NCBI GenBank assembly: GCA_963702845.1
Contig: OY969763.1
Span: 1,600,001 to 1,664,000 of the forward strand
From: an uncultured Verrucomicrobiae bacterium
GTDB lineage: Bacteria; Verrucomicrobiota; Verrucomicrobiia; Limisphaerales; Palsa-1400
DNA: 64,000 bases
Direction: 5' to 3'
The notes under the pieces are model-generated. The model had not been told where the DNA came from, searched no databases, and saw only the letters and a list, made by a program, of their open reading frames with translations. A program made the translations under genes and the position numbers. Positions 7,024 to 17,929 of this stretch are shown here, piece after piece (within the stretch, counting starts at the first letter, position 1; the number at the start of each line of letters is the position of its first letter).

Positions 7024-9282
7024 ATGAAAGCTCTCGTAAGGTCGTTGAGTTGTTTACTTGTCACGAGCACGTTGGTCTTTGCGGCCAAATCGGATTGGCA
7101 TATCGCGAAGGGTCCGCTGATGACGGAGTGGTCGGAGGACGTCTCGTCAACGCATCCGTGGCCGGAATATCCGCGTCCGCAAATGGAACGTAAGGATTGG
7201 ATGAATCTTAATGGGCTTTGGGACTACGCGATTCTCGAAAAGAAAAACGGGGTGCAAGGACCGTTCGACGGAAAAATTCTCGTGCCGTATCCGATTGAGT
7301 CGGCGCTTTCGGGCGTGATGAAGCGGGTCGGTGAGAATCAGGTGATCGTCTATCATCGCACGTTTCGGCTGCCATCTTCGTGGAAAAATGAGCGCGTGTT
7401 GTTGCACTTTGGCGCGGTCGATTGGGAGACGGTGGTGGTGGTGAATGGCAAGCGCGTGGGCGAACATCGTGGTGGGTTTGATCCGTTTTCGTTTGATATT
7501 ACCGATGTGCTCGCGACTAACGCGCTGCAGCATGTTGAAGTCACTGTTTTTGATCCGACAGACGCAGGTGGCCAACCGCGCGGCAAGCAGGTGAATAAGC
7601 CAGGTGGGATTTACTACACACCGAGTTCAGGGATTTGGCAGACGGTGTGGTTGGAGCCGGTGCCGCGTGCTTACATCGCGGATTTCAAGGTGACGCCTGA
7701 CGTCGATGGCGAAGCGTTGCGTATTACGGTGAATGCGACTGGTGGCGATCTGGTTGAAGCGATCGCGTATTCGCATGGACACGAAGTTGGCCGCGCCACC
7801 GGTGATGCTGGAAAAGAGTTTCGTGTGCCGGTGCCGAAGCCGCGACTTTGGTCGCCGGACAAGCCTCACCTCTACGATCTAAAAATCAATTTGATGAAAG
7901 GATTCGTTCCGCATGAGCGCAAGGGCGATCCAAAATGGGGGCACAACTTCCGCAAGATTGATTCTGTCTCGAGCTATTTTGCGATGCGCAAAGTTTCGCT
8001 GGGCAAAGATGCCAATGGAATTATGCGGCCGATGTTAAACGGAAAATTTATTTTCCAGGCTGGCCCGTTGGATCAAGGGTTTTGGCCGGATGGTTTGTAT
8101 ACGCCGCCGACGGATGAAGCGATGTTGTACGATCTGGAGATGACGAAGGACCTTGGTTTCAACATGACGCGCAAGCACGTGAAGGTTGAACCGGATCGTT
8201 GGTATTACTATTGCGACAAGCTCGGATTGTTGGTCTGGCAGGACATGCCGAGCGGTAACAATAAGACTCCGGAGGACAAGGCAGAGTTTGAACGCGAACT
8301 GAAACAACTCGTCGCGACGCATTACAATCATCCGTCCATATATATGTGGGTGGTGTTCAATGAAGGCTGGGGGCAATACGATACGGAACGCCTGACAGGT
8401 TGGGCGAAGAAAATGGATCCGTCGCGGCTGGTGGATAATGCGACTGGTTGGACCGATATGAAGGTTGGGGACGTCATCGATATGCATAATTATCCCGGGC
8501 CGGGTTCTCCGATGCCGGAAGCGAATCGAGCGGCGGTTTTGGGTGAGTTTGGCGGGCTTGGATTGGGAATCGACGGACACACGTGGACGCAGAAGACGTG
8601 GGGATATCAAGGAATGTCTGATCGCGCGGCGTTGACGCGCCGGTATGTGAGTCTGTTGCGCAAGGCGTGGGCGTTGGAGAAGTCACCGGGATTGAGCGCG
8701 ATTGTTTACACGCAAATCACGGATGTGGAGACGGAATGTAACGGGTTGATGACTTACGATCGAGCCGTGACTAAGCCGGACGTTCGACGCGTTGCGGAAG
8801 CAAATCGCGGCCATGTTCCACCGGAACCGAAGCACACGGTGCTGGTGCCGACTTCAAAGGAAGTTGCGGCGACCTGGAAATATACTTTCAAGAAACCGGC
8901 GGATGATTGGACGAAAACGCACTTTGACGATTCGTCGTGGCACGCAGGACCCGGCGGGTTTGGGACGAAAGGAACTCCGGCTTCGGTGGTGCGAACGGAA
9001 TGGAACACTGGCGATATTTGGCTGCGTCGGACGTTTGAATTGCCGGCGGGCAAGTACGACGAGACGGAACTGGTCGTGCACCACGATGAAGATGCGGAGA
9101 TTTATATCAACGGCGCGCTGGCAACGAAGCTGAGCAGTTTTACGAGCGACTACGGCAGTGAGGGGATTCGCTCGCGCGCGCTGAATTCGTTGCATGCTGG
9201 CGCCAATGTAATGGCGGTGCATTGCCGGAACACGAGCGGTGGCCAATACATCGACGTGGGCCTGGAGAGCGTTGGCCAATAG
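7024..9282 (+). CDS. Glycoside hydrolase family 2 with a C-terminal galactose-binding-like domain
   Basis: Signal peptide, EYPRPQM, NLNGLWDY, LHFGAVDW, SGIWQTVWLE, GFNMTRKHVK, NHPSI..W..FNEGWGQ and VLGEFGG. Confidence 0.93.
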   Translation: MKALVRSLSCLLVTSTLVFAAKSDWHIAKGPLMTEWSEDVSSTHPWPEYPRPQMERKDWMNLNGLWDYAILEKKNGVQGPFDGKILVPYPIESALSGVMKRVGENQVIVYHRTFRLPSSWKNERVLLHFGAVDWETVVVVNGKRVGEHRGGFDPFSFDITDVLATNALQHVEVTVFDPTDAGGQPRGKQVNKPGGIYYTPSSGIWQTVWLEPVPRAYIADFKVTPDVDGEALRITVNATGGDLVEAIAYSHGHEVGRATGDAGKEFRVPVPKPRLWSPDKPHLYDLKINLMKGFVPHERKGDPKWGHNFRKIDSVSSYFAMRKVSLGKDANGIMRPMLNGKFIFQAGPLDQGFWPDGLYTPPTDEAMLYDLEMTKDLGFNMTRKHVKVEPDRWYYYCDKLGLLVWQDMPSGNNKTPEDKAEFERELKQLVATHYNHPSIYMWVVFNEGWGQYDTERLTGWAKKMDPSRLVDNATGWTDMKVGDVIDMHNYPGPGSPMPEANRAAVLGEFGGLGLGIDGHTWTQKTWGYQGMSDRAALTRRYVSLLRKAWALEKSPGLSAIVYTQITDVETECNGLMTYDRAVTKPDVRRVAEANRGHVPPEPKHTVLVPTSKEVAATWKYTFKKPADDWTKTHFDDSSWHAGPGGFGTKGTPASVVRTEWNTGDIWLRRTFELPAGKYDETELVVHHDEDAEIYINGALATKLSSFTSDYGSEGIRSRALNSLHAGANVMAVHCRNTSGGQYIDVGLESVGQ

Positions 9283-9348
9283 ACGTTCAGGGAAAACCGG
9301 ATTGACAGTTTTTTGTGGTGGCAGTTGAGTTGAGCTCTTGTTTGCCCT

Positions 9349-10236
9349 GTGGATCAGACTGCACACATTTCATTTACCGGTGTTCCGGTGCCGAAACGAT
9401 TGCCGTATCGGCGCTCTGTGAAATCACTCGGTGCGGCAGCTCGCCGCGATGAAGAGGGCGAACCGATTTCGCCTTTTATTTGGTGGGTTTTCGAACGGGC
9501 GAAACTCAATTCCTCGGTCTATCGACCTACGTGCTTGAACCGACGGTTAAATGCGTGTTTGCGGCGGTTGCGTGCAGCGACGCCTGATGCGGCGAAAAGA
9601 ATTATAGAGTCCCGGCCGGAACTGCGTAACGCGGCGCTCGATACGTTGCTCTTGGGTGTATCGGAATTTTTTCGTGACCCTGAGGTGTTCCAAAATTTGC
9701 GCGACCAGGTGCTTCCGAGGATGTTGGAACGCGGCGGGCGTTTGCGGATCTTGAGCATGGGAGTTTCAGAGGGGCATGAGTTGTACTCGATTGCAATCCT
9801 GTTGGCGGAAATGGGGGTGTTGGAGAGATGCGAGTTGATAGGAATGGATTGTCGACCGGAGGCAATCAGGCGCGCAGGGCAGGGGCGGTTTAATGATGGC
9901 GATATTGAGGGCGTCGATGATTCGTTGCGGGAGCGGTATTTTTCTTCGGAAGAGAACTGGTGGGTGGTCAAAGAAAGTGTTCGCCAGGCAATCCAGTGGA
10001 GTGTTGGGAATGTTTTGAGTCTTGACGGCTTTGCTCCGAGGGACATTATCTTTTTTCGCAACGTCGCCCTTTATTTGACGGCACGACACGCTGAGTGTGC
10101 GTGGAGTGCGTTGTATGGGCGTTTGAAACCAAATGGGATGCTCGTCGCCGGCAACGCAGACAAACCCCCGGCATCCCTCAAGCTTATTCGCGTTGCGCGG
10201 TGCATTTACGAAAAGCCAGGCCGATTAGCGTTATGA
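9349..10236 (+). CDS. cheR: CheR-family protein-glutamate O-methyltransferase
   Basis: SEFFRDPEVF, RILSMGVSEGHELYSIAI, DIIFFRNVALY and LKPNGMLVAG. Confidence 0.9.
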   Translation: MDQTAHISFTGVPVPKRLPYRRSVKSLGAAARRDEEGEPISPFIWWVFERAKLNSSVYRPTCLNRRLNACLRRLRAATPDAAKRIIESRPELRNAALDTLLLGVSEFFRDPEVFQNLRDQVLPRMLERGGRLRILSMGVSEGHELYSIAILLAEMGVLERCELIGMDCRPEAIRRAGQGRFNDGDIEGVDDSLRERYFSSEENWWVVKESVRQAIQWSVGNVLSLDGFAPRDIIFFRNVALYLTARHAECAWSALYGRLKPNGMLVAGNADKPPASLKLIRVARCIYEKPGRLAL

Positions 10237-12033
10237 CTGTTGGCGAGAAGACATCCAACGGGAAATGGTTCGGGTTGATTTCGATAGCGATCTTTGTCGT
10301 GGCGGTTGCCGCGATGGTGACGTTGCGCTTCGTTGTTTTTCCGCGGGAGTTCCTGACGTTGAGTTATTCGTTGCCGCTGTTGGTTTGTCTGTGGCACCGC
10401 GATCGGCGTTTGCTGTGGAGCATGGCGGCAGTGTTTACCGTGATGGCGATTCTCAAAGGAACGTTTCTTGGACCTGATCCGCAGACAGTAACCGGGTGGG
10501 ACGTGTTGATGTCGTTGATGCATGTTGTGAATATCGCGGCCGTTGGCGGAACTATTCACGCGGTGATCGCTTTGACGGACCGGCTTCGTCGGAAGAACGC
10601 CGAATTGGCGGATGCGAATGATGAGCTTGCGGGGCGAGCGGAAGAAATCGGGCGACAGAATGAGGAGTTGCAACAGCAAGCTGAGGAGCTAGCGCAACAG
10701 AACGAGGAGATTCAAGCGCAAGCGGAGGAGTTCAACCGACAGAACGAAGAACTCAACCAGCAATCGGAAGAATTGCACGCGCAGACTGATGAACTGCAGA
10801 TCACCAATACGGAGTTGGCGGAGCGCGAAGTGATGTTGCAGACGTTGATCGAGTGCGCGCGGGCGCCTGGGTCGGACCGGGATTTTCTCGACCGGATTTG
10901 TCAGTCGGTGGTGAGGCTGTGCGGCAATCGCGCGGCGGGTGCGGCGGTGGTGGAGAAGCAGGAAAATGAATTGTTGGTTCGCGCTTGTTCTGGTGTGGCG
11001 TCGTCGCGCGAGTTGCAATGGCCTTTTGACCAAACGCTGACGGCGATTGTGATGCAGGAGCGGCGCACGGCATTTATTGAGGATGTCGCGAGACGTCCGG
11101 ACATCGTCCTGCCGCCCGGGACGAATGTGAAGTTTCAGTCGGTGATTGCAGCGCCGCTGTTTATCAGTGGTGCGGCGGCCGGCGCTGTGACGGCGTATTC
11201 GCCTGAACCGCAGAAATGGACGACGCGTGATTTTGAATTGTTGGAATGGGTGGCGACGCAGTGTTCGTTTGTCCTGGAAGCACGGCGTTTACGCGAAGCA
11301 ATGGCGCAGGCGAATGCAAATCTTGAATCAATGATTAAAGAGCGGACGACGAAGTTGCAGGAAATGATCAATGAGCTGGAGCATTTCTCGGTACACGATC
11401 ACGCACGATATGCGCGCGCCGCTTCGCGCCATGCAAGGGTTTGCGGTGATTTTAAAAGAGGAGTGCCCGAACCTCGGGACGGAAGCGTCCGAGTATGTTG
11501 ATAATATTATCAACTCGGCGCGCCGAATGGATCGGTTGGTGACGGATGCTTTGAATTATAACAAAGCGGTGCGGCAAGAGATTGCGGCGACGCCGGTGGA
11601 TGTGCGGAAGCTGGTCGATGAAATGTTACCGGCGTATCCGTTGTTTCAGGAGCCGCATGCGCGGGTGGAGATCGCGGGTGAGCTGCCGCACGTCCTGGGA
11701 AATGAAGCGGGTTTGACGCAATGTGTTTCGAATTTTTTGGACAACGCGGTGAAGTTTGCAAAACCGGGGGAACAGCCACGGATCAGAATTTGGGCCGAGA
11801 CGAACGACGATAACGCGAAGATTTGGTTTGAAGATAATGGGATAGGAATTCCTGAAGATTTTCAGCCGCGCGTTTTTGAAATGTTTCAACGCGGCAGCAA
11901 AGCGCATGAAGGCACTGGCATTGGCCTGGCGCTTGTGCGAAAGGTGGTCGAACGAATGGGCGGTAAAGCGGGTTGTGAATCGAAAGTTGGCGAGGGCAGC
12001 CGGTTTTGGATCGAGTTAAAACGTAGTTCATGA
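10233..12033 (+). CDS. Membrane sensor histidine kinase (TM helices, heptad coiled coil, GAF, HisKA, HATPase); +1 frameshift at ~11390
   Basis: Removing one G at 11390-11391 restores ELEHFSYTITHDMRAPLRAM (H-box). Also has NFLDNAVKF, DNGIGIP and GTGIGLA. Confidence 0.9.
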
Positions 12034-12509
12034 GCGCGCGACAGGACAGTCCAGTGATGCTTTACGTCGAAGACGAGGTTTCTGACGTGTACTTTATGCG
12101 CCGCGCGTTCAAGGTCATGTCGGTGGGCTGGCATTTGCAGACGGTGGCGGACGGAAGTGAGGCGATTGCTTACTTAAATGGCGAAGGGAAGTATGCAGAC
12201 CGGCCCCTGTATCCGCAGCCGCAATTTGTGCTGCTGGATTTGAACCTGCCGCTGGTATCTGGATTTGATGTGCTCGCGACAATTCGGCGTCATGCGGATT
12301 ATGTGAATTTGCCTGTAGTCGTGTTTTCTTCGTCGGGCCGGCCTGAAGATCGCCAGCGCGCCAGCCAATTGGGTGCAAACGGCTACATTTTGAAACCTTC
12401 ATCCGGTGCTGATTTTGGCCATACGGTCTCGGAACTTCAGTCCTTCTACGTTGCTTGCGACCGAATTGCGACAGTAGAAGCGCGCCGTGGGTCGATAATC
12501 CGAATTTAG
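12030..12509 (+). CDS. Single-domain response regulator
   Basis: YVEDE, LLDLNLP, VFSSS and GANGYILKP; ATGA overlap with the kinase stop. Confidence 0.92.
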   Translation: MSARQDSPVMLYVEDEVSDVYFMRRAFKVMSVGWHLQTVADGSEAIAYLNGEGKYADRPLYPQPQFVLLDLNLPLVSGFDVLATIRRHADYVNLPVVVFSSSGRPEDRQRASQLGANGYILKPSSGADFGHTVSELQSFYVACDRIATVEARRGSIIRI

Positions 12510-12561
12510 TTCCCACCTCATGCTGGACGGCTGCATTGTCCCGCGTCTACAATGTCTCGCC

Positions 12562-13689
12562 ATGACGCAGCCTGAGAAACTTTTACGGGAATTGATCGCT
12601 TTGCCGAGCGTCAACCCTGCGTTTTTGCCGGCCGGTGATGCCCGGGCGGGGGAGCGGCGCGTCACTGAATTTCTCGCGGCCACGGCTTGTCGGGCGGGGC
12701 TTGATGTGGATTTGCATAAGGTGCTGCCGGGACGTTCGAATTTTTTTGCACGATTGACTCCTGCTGGAACTGCGACACACCGAATTGTTCTCGCGCCGCA
12801 CATGGATACCGTTCCGCCGGTCACGGATAAGCAATTGGTTCCTGTTCGTGAGAATGACCGTTTGTTCGGGCGCGGAGCGTGTGATACGAAGGGTTCGATT
12901 GCAGCGATGCTGAGTGCGTTGATGCATTTGGCTCGTGACAAAAAACGGCCAAAGAAAACGGAAATCGTTTTTGTTGGACTAATCGACGAGGAGAACGCGC
13001 AAGCGGGTTCGCGTGCTTTTGCGGCCAGTGGATTTAAAGCAGACCTGGCGATTGTTGGTGAGCCAACGCGCAATCAGATTGTAACGGCGCACAAAGGAAG
13101 TCTTTGGTTGCTGTTCGAGACAACTGGCAAAGCAGCGCATGGCGCGCGGCCGGAGTTGGGAGTTAATGCAGTGCACGAGATGGCGTGCATTGTCGATATG
13201 TTGCAAACGGACTACGCCAAGATGTTGCGCGGGAGAAAGCATAGGTTGCTTGGGCATCCCACAATTAGTGTTGGTTCGATTCACGGAGGAACTCAGCCGA
13301 ACATTGTTCCGGCGAAATGCGTGGCGAGCGCGGATCGGCGGTTGTTGCCGGGTGAGACGCAGGCGTCAGTATTTGCGGAGATTCAGGCGTTGCTGCGTAA
13401 ACGCGGACTTCGGGCGACTATCGGATGCGCCAAGAATCCCGGGTTGCCGATGGAAGCGGATTTGCGGTTACCGATGGTGCAGCAGTTTCTGAAAACGGCG
13501 CGACAAGCGAAACCGGCGGGGGTTGATTATTTTTGTGACGCTTCGGTGCTTGCCCATGGCGGCATTCCGAGCGTTGTCTTTGGGCCGGGAGACATCGCGC
13601 AGGCGCATACGTCGAATGAATGGATTTCAATTCGGTCGCTTGAGCAGGCCACGGGCTTATTGCTGAAATTTTTGCAGTCGCTCGCTTAG
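12562..13689 (+). CDS. M20-family metallopeptidase/deacylase (ArgE/DapE-like)
   Basis: HMDTV, GRGACDTKG, DEE, VGEPT, GKAAHG and FGPGDIAQAHT. Confidence 0.9.
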   Translation: MTQPEKLLRELIALPSVNPAFLPAGDARAGERRVTEFLAATACRAGLDVDLHKVLPGRSNFFARLTPAGTATHRIVLAPHMDTVPPVTDKQLVPVRENDRLFGRGACDTKGSIAAMLSALMHLARDKKRPKKTEIVFVGLIDEENAQAGSRAFAASGFKADLAIVGEPTRNQIVTAHKGSLWLLFETTGKAAHGARPELGVNAVHEMACIVDMLQTDYAKMLRGRKHRLLGHPTISVGSIHGGTQPNIVPAKCVASADRRLLPGETQASVFAEIQALLRKRGLRATIGCAKNPGLPMEADLRLPMVQQFLKTARQAKPAGVDYFCDASVLAHGGIPSVVFGPGDIAQAHTSNEWISIRSLEQATGLLLKFLQSLA

Positions 13690-13702
13690 TCGCTTTCCCG
13701 CC

Positions 13703-15016
13703 ATGACGACAAATCCTCCTGCCGCAGCCAAGAGTTACGACGCGAAAACGGCGAGTTCTCACCGTTGGGCTTTTTTTAAGCAAAGCGGCTGGATGGTGAT
13801 TGCGACTGTCGGCGGCGGATTGTTCATGACGGCGGTACACACGGTTGCCGGTAAAAAAATGCTGCCCGATGAATACAGCGGGTTTTATGCGTTGCTGCGG
13901 TTTTTTATTTGGATGGGAATTCCTGCCGCTGGTTTGCAGAACGTGTTTGCGCAGCAATCAGCAGCGGCGCTGACGGATGATAAGGAGCACCAGTTAGCTG
14001 GCACGACCCGGGCGATTTTGCGCGCGATGTTTATTCTGTGGCTGGTTACGTCGGTAATTATTTTTGCAGCCAACCGCCAAATTCTTTCGGTATTGAAGGT
14101 CAGTAATCCGGCGGCATTGTGGTTTGCCATTGTGCTTGGGCTGACAACGCTTTGGGTTCCGATTTTCAAGGGACTTCTGCAAGGTAAGCATCACTTCGCC
14201 GGATTTGGTTGGTTGCAAATTGTCGACGGCGTCGGGAGATTCGCGGGTGTGGCTGTGTTGTTACTGGCGTTCGGCGGACAGGCGGCGAGCGGGATGGCTG
14301 GCTGTGTGTCGGGACAAATTGCAACGTTGGCGCTTGGGTTTTGGCTGACGCGCGGAATTTGGACGACTGAAGGCGCGGCGTTCAAATGGCGGCCGTGGTT
14401 GGCTCGAGTGATTCCGCTGACATTTGGTTTGGGCGCAATCCTGTTTATCACCGCGACTGACGCGTTGTTTGTGCAAAGCACGTTTGGTGCGGACACTCGC
14501 CAGTTATATATGGGGGCGAACTTGACTGGTTTTGCGGTGATGCAATTCGTTTCGCCAATCGCAATGGTGATGTTCCCGCGGGTCGTGCGCAGCGTGGCGA
14601 AATCGGAAACGACTGATGCGTTGCGGTTAACGGTTTTGCTGACGGCCGGCGTTGGGATTATGGCGGCGCTCGTCTGCACGGTGATGCCAACGTTGCCGTT
14701 GCGCATCATTTACGCGACATCGCCAAAAATGTTGGGTGCCGCGCCGTTGGTGCCGTGGTTCGCGTGGTCGCTATTGCCTCTAACGGTGAGCAACGTGCTT
14801 CTTACGAACCTGCTCGCACATGAGCGATATCGCGTCGTGCCGTTTGCGGTGGTGATCGCGGTGGCGTATCTCAGCACGTTATTTGCATTCGGCAATCATT
14901 TGGTGCACATGGAGCAGATGCAGGCATTCACGTCGGTCGTTCAACTGCTTGGGGTGTTCAGCCTGGTGCTGGTGGTCGTGTGCGCGTGGTTTACCTGGGG
15001 AGCTTCTCGGAAGTAG
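13703..15016 (+). CDS. Polysaccharide flippase-like (MOP/Wzx) membrane protein
   Basis: About 12 hydrophobic segments, GLLQG..HF and MVMFPRVV; convergent with a GT2. Confidence 0.7.
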   Translation: MTTNPPAAAKSYDAKTASSHRWAFFKQSGWMVIATVGGGLFMTAVHTVAGKKMLPDEYSGFYALLRFFIWMGIPAAGLQNVFAQQSAAALTDDKEHQLAGTTRAILRAMFILWLVTSVIIFAANRQILSVLKVSNPAALWFAIVLGLTTLWVPIFKGLLQGKHHFAGFGWLQIVDGVGRFAGVAVLLLAFGGQAASGMAGCVSGQIATLALGFWLTRGIWTTEGAAFKWRPWLARVIPLTFGLGAILFITATDALFVQSTFGADTRQLYMGANLTGFAVMQFVSPIAMVMFPRVVRSVAKSETTDALRLTVLLTAGVGIMAALVCTVMPTLPLRIIYATSPKMLGAAPLVPWFAWSLLPLTVSNVLLTNLLAHERYRVVPFAVVIAVAYLSTLFAFGNHLVHMEQMQAFTSVVQLLGVFSLVLVVVCAWFTWGASRK

Positions 15017-15839
15017 CGTCAATTTGCGTTTTCGGGTCCGGTGCCGGCGGCGGAGCGTTGAGTTTGCGATAAGCCCAGTTTTCCGCGGGAGCGAAAAATT
15101 TACGCAAAAACGCGAAGGGCGAATAGATCCAGCGCAGGCGAATGACTGATAGCAGCATCGTCAATGACGTTTTTCCCAGTGAAACTTTTGAGCCCACCTT
15201 GTCAGTCCATTCTGTCGGGACTTCGAGGATTTTGTAACCGGCGCGCTTAATCAGGTAGAGAAGATTGATGTCGAACGCCATGTCGGCGATGCAGAGCGAT
15301 GAATGGATACCGTCAACAACCTCTCGGTGCAGAAGCTTAGCGCCGCATTGGGTGTCGCGAATGTTCATCCAAAAGAGTGATTGGACAATGGCGTGAAACA
15401 CGCGACTGGCGAATTGTCGGCGGCCGGTTTGCGATTGGTGGAGAATGGCGCCCTTGATCCAGCGCGAGCCGATGATGCAGTCGGCCTGCGCGGAGTGGTT
15501 CACCAGATCGAGAAAGGCGGCTGGACCAGTGGCACCGTCGGCATCGACGTAGCCGATCAGGTCCGCTCGTGGGGCGAGCTTTAGGCCTTCAATCAGCGCG
15601 CCGCCTTTGCCGATGGGTGCGGGATAATCAAGCACGCTCACTTCGGGGTATTCGGCGTGGACTTTGTTGATGATTCCGACGGTATTGTCGCGACAGCCGT
15701 TTGTTACAACGAGTAGCTGGAAGTTGCCTTTGTAATTTTTGCGAAAGAATTGAGCGAAGTCCCGCAATACAGGCTCAATCCGGCGTTCTTCGTTGTACGC
15801 CGGAATCAGCAATAGCACACTGGGGGATGCCTGACTCAC
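14991..15839 (-). CDS. GT2 glycosyltransferase (polyprenyl-phosphate glycosyltransferase-like)
   Basis: IPAYNEE, GKGGAL, YVDADGA, IGSRW and DTQCGAK. GTG start at 15839 inferred. Confidence 0.9.
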   Translation of the reverse strand: MSQASPSVLLLIPAYNEERRIEPVLRDFAQFFRKNYKGNFQLLVVTNGCRDNTVGIINKVHAEYPEVSVLDYPAPIGKGGALIEGLKLAPRADLIGYVDADGATGPAAFLDLVNHSAQADCIIGSRWIKGAILHQSQTGRRQFASRVFHAIVQSLFWMNIRDTQCGAKLLHREVVDGIHSSLCIADMAFDINLLYLIKRAGYKILEVPTEWTDKVGSKVSLGKTSLTMLLSVIRLRWIYSPFAFLRKFFAPAENWAYRKLNAPPPAPDPKTQIDATSEKLPR

Positions 15840-15980
15840 CTTATTTCGATAGCAGGATACTGCATAAGTGTCGAGGTTTGTAGTCTCACACAACTGGTTT
15901 TTAGGTCTGATGGAAATGAGATGATTCGCGGGGCATTGGACGGGGCGGGTGGGCGCAGGTACGTTACGGCGGAGGTTCAA

Positions 15981-16947
15981 ATGCACGATGTCGTGATTGT
16001 GGGAGCGGGGCCGGCGGGGTTATCGGGGGCAATTTATTTGGGGCGAGCCCTCCGAAGCGTGCTGGTTGTCGATGCGAATAAAACGATGTGCCGATGGGAG
16101 CCTCATGTGGAGAACTATCTTGGGTTTGCCAACGGGATTTCTGGAGATGAATTGTTGCAACGCGGGCGCAAGCAGACAGAACATTACAAAGTTGAATTTG
16201 TCGGAGATGCAGTGGAGACGGCGCATGGCGAGTTGGATAAATTTATTATCGAAGGCAAAAAGGGTGAGTACCCGGGCGCGACGAATACTTTTGGCAACGG
16301 GAATATTTCACATCCCGCCAGCGATTCCCGAACTGGATAGTTGCCTTGGGCACAGCATGTTCTTTTGCAAAGACTGCGATGGGTTCCGAGTGCAAGGGAA
16401 GAAGATTGGAATCGTCGGGACTAACAACGCCACCGTGGAATATGCGCTTGGAATGTTAGCCTATTCACCGTGTGCGTTTGTGCTGACCAATGGGTTTCGA
16501 CCGACCTGGGACAAGCAACACGGCGAATGGCTTACGGAATACAGCATCCGTGTATTCGACGCGCGCATTGATGCGGTACAGCACGAGGAAGGGAAAATTC
16601 GTAGTATCACGTTTGATAAGGGACAGGAGTTGTTGCTCGATACACTTTTCACCACCCGCGGTGATGTTGTTCACAATCGTCTCGCTGACGAACTCGGGGC
16701 GGAACTGGATGATAGCGGCGAGGTCATTGTAGATAGCTGCATGATGACATCGGTGAAAGGGGTGTATGCGGCTGGTTGTATCACACCGGCAAATTGCCAG
16801 ATCATTATTGCGGCCGGACAGGGCGCGATCGCGGCGCAATCTATCAATCGGAATTTGTTTGAGCAGAGTTTAAAGGATCATTCGCTCCTGCGCGTTCGGG
16901 AAGGGCAACTGCAACACGCGTGTACAGAGCCACAGCTTATCCACTAG
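15981..16947 (+). CDS. Thioredoxin-reductase-like NAD(P)/FAD oxidoreductase; +1 frameshift at ~16272
   Basis: GGAGG RBS, DVVIVGAGPAGLS, ILLATG, CKDCDG and TSVKGVYAAG. One extra C in CCC at 16271-16273. Confidence 0.88.
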
Positions 16948-17017
16948 TTTTTGGTCAAATCGTTCCCCAGTTGAAAAAACGGTTGTTCGCTGTTCTGTTG
17001 GAACAGGAGGATGCGCA

Positions 17018-17929
17018 ATGCGACAACTGTCAGTAGTAACCGTCGAAGGGAAGCACCTCCGGGTTTCCAACCTGGACAAAGTTTTGTATCCGCGCGCCGG
17101 GTTCACCAAGGCTCAAGTCATCGATTACTATATTCGGGTTGCGCCGGTGCTGTTGCCGCATTTGAAAGACCGGCCGCTGACGTTGAAGCGTTACCCGGAA
17201 GGCGTTGATCACGAGTTTTTTTACGAGAAACAATGCCCAAGTTATCGACCGGGATGGGTAAAAACCGCGCGAGTTGAGGGCACGCAAAAGGTCATTCACT
17301 ATTGTTTAGCCAATAATCTTTCCACGCTTGTTTGGGCGGCGAATCTCGCCGATCTGGAGATGCACACGTCGTTGTCGCGCGCGCCCGATACTGAGACGCC
17401 CACAATGGTGGTGTTTGATTTGGACCCGGGTTTGCCGGCCGATATCGTTCAATGCTGCAAAGTAGCGTTTTGGCTGAAAGAGAAACTTGAAAAAATTCAG
17501 CTGCAATCTTTTCCCAAGACTTCCGGTTCGAAAGGTTTGCAAATCTATATCCCGCTTAATACGAAGACCAATTACGAAACAACGAAGACGTTCGCCAAGA
17601 ACATGGCTGAGGCGCTGGAGCGCGAGCATCCGCATGACGTTGTTTCGAAAATGGCGAAAGTTTTGCGCGCGGGAAAGGTGTTAGTGGATTGGAGCCAGAA
17701 CGACGTGCATAAGACGACGGTTTGCGTTTATTCCTTGCGAGCTAAAGAACAGCCGACGGTTTCCACGCCTGTCACATGGGACGAAGTTGGAATGGCGTTG
17801 AAAAAGAAGGATCCGAAGCGGCTGACCTTCGTGACTGAAGACACTCTGACGCGTGTCGAGGAGCATGGAGATCTTTTCGAACCAGTCCTCAAGCTCAAGC
17901 AGAAACTCAAATCGGTTGAGGTTGAATGA
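17018..17929 (+). CDS. ligD: NHEJ LigD primase-polymerase domain as a stand-alone protein
   Basis: SNLDKVLYP, LTLKRYPEG, FYEKQ, VFDLDP, KTSGSKGLQ and YSLRA..PTVSTP. Confidence 0.93.
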   Translation: MRQLSVVTVEGKHLRVSNLDKVLYPRAGFTKAQVIDYYIRVAPVLLPHLKDRPLTLKRYPEGVDHEFFYEKQCPSYRPGWVKTARVEGTQKVIHYCLANNLSTLVWAANLADLEMHTSLSRAPDTETPTMVVFDLDPGLPADIVQCCKVAFWLKEKLEKIQLQSFPKTSGSKGLQIYIPLNTKTNYETTKTFAKNMAEALEREHPHDVVSKMAKVLRAGKVLVDWSQNDVHKTTVCVYSLRAKEQPTVSTPVTWDEVGMALKKKDPKRLTFVTEDTLTRVEEHGDLFEPVLKLKQKLKSVEVE

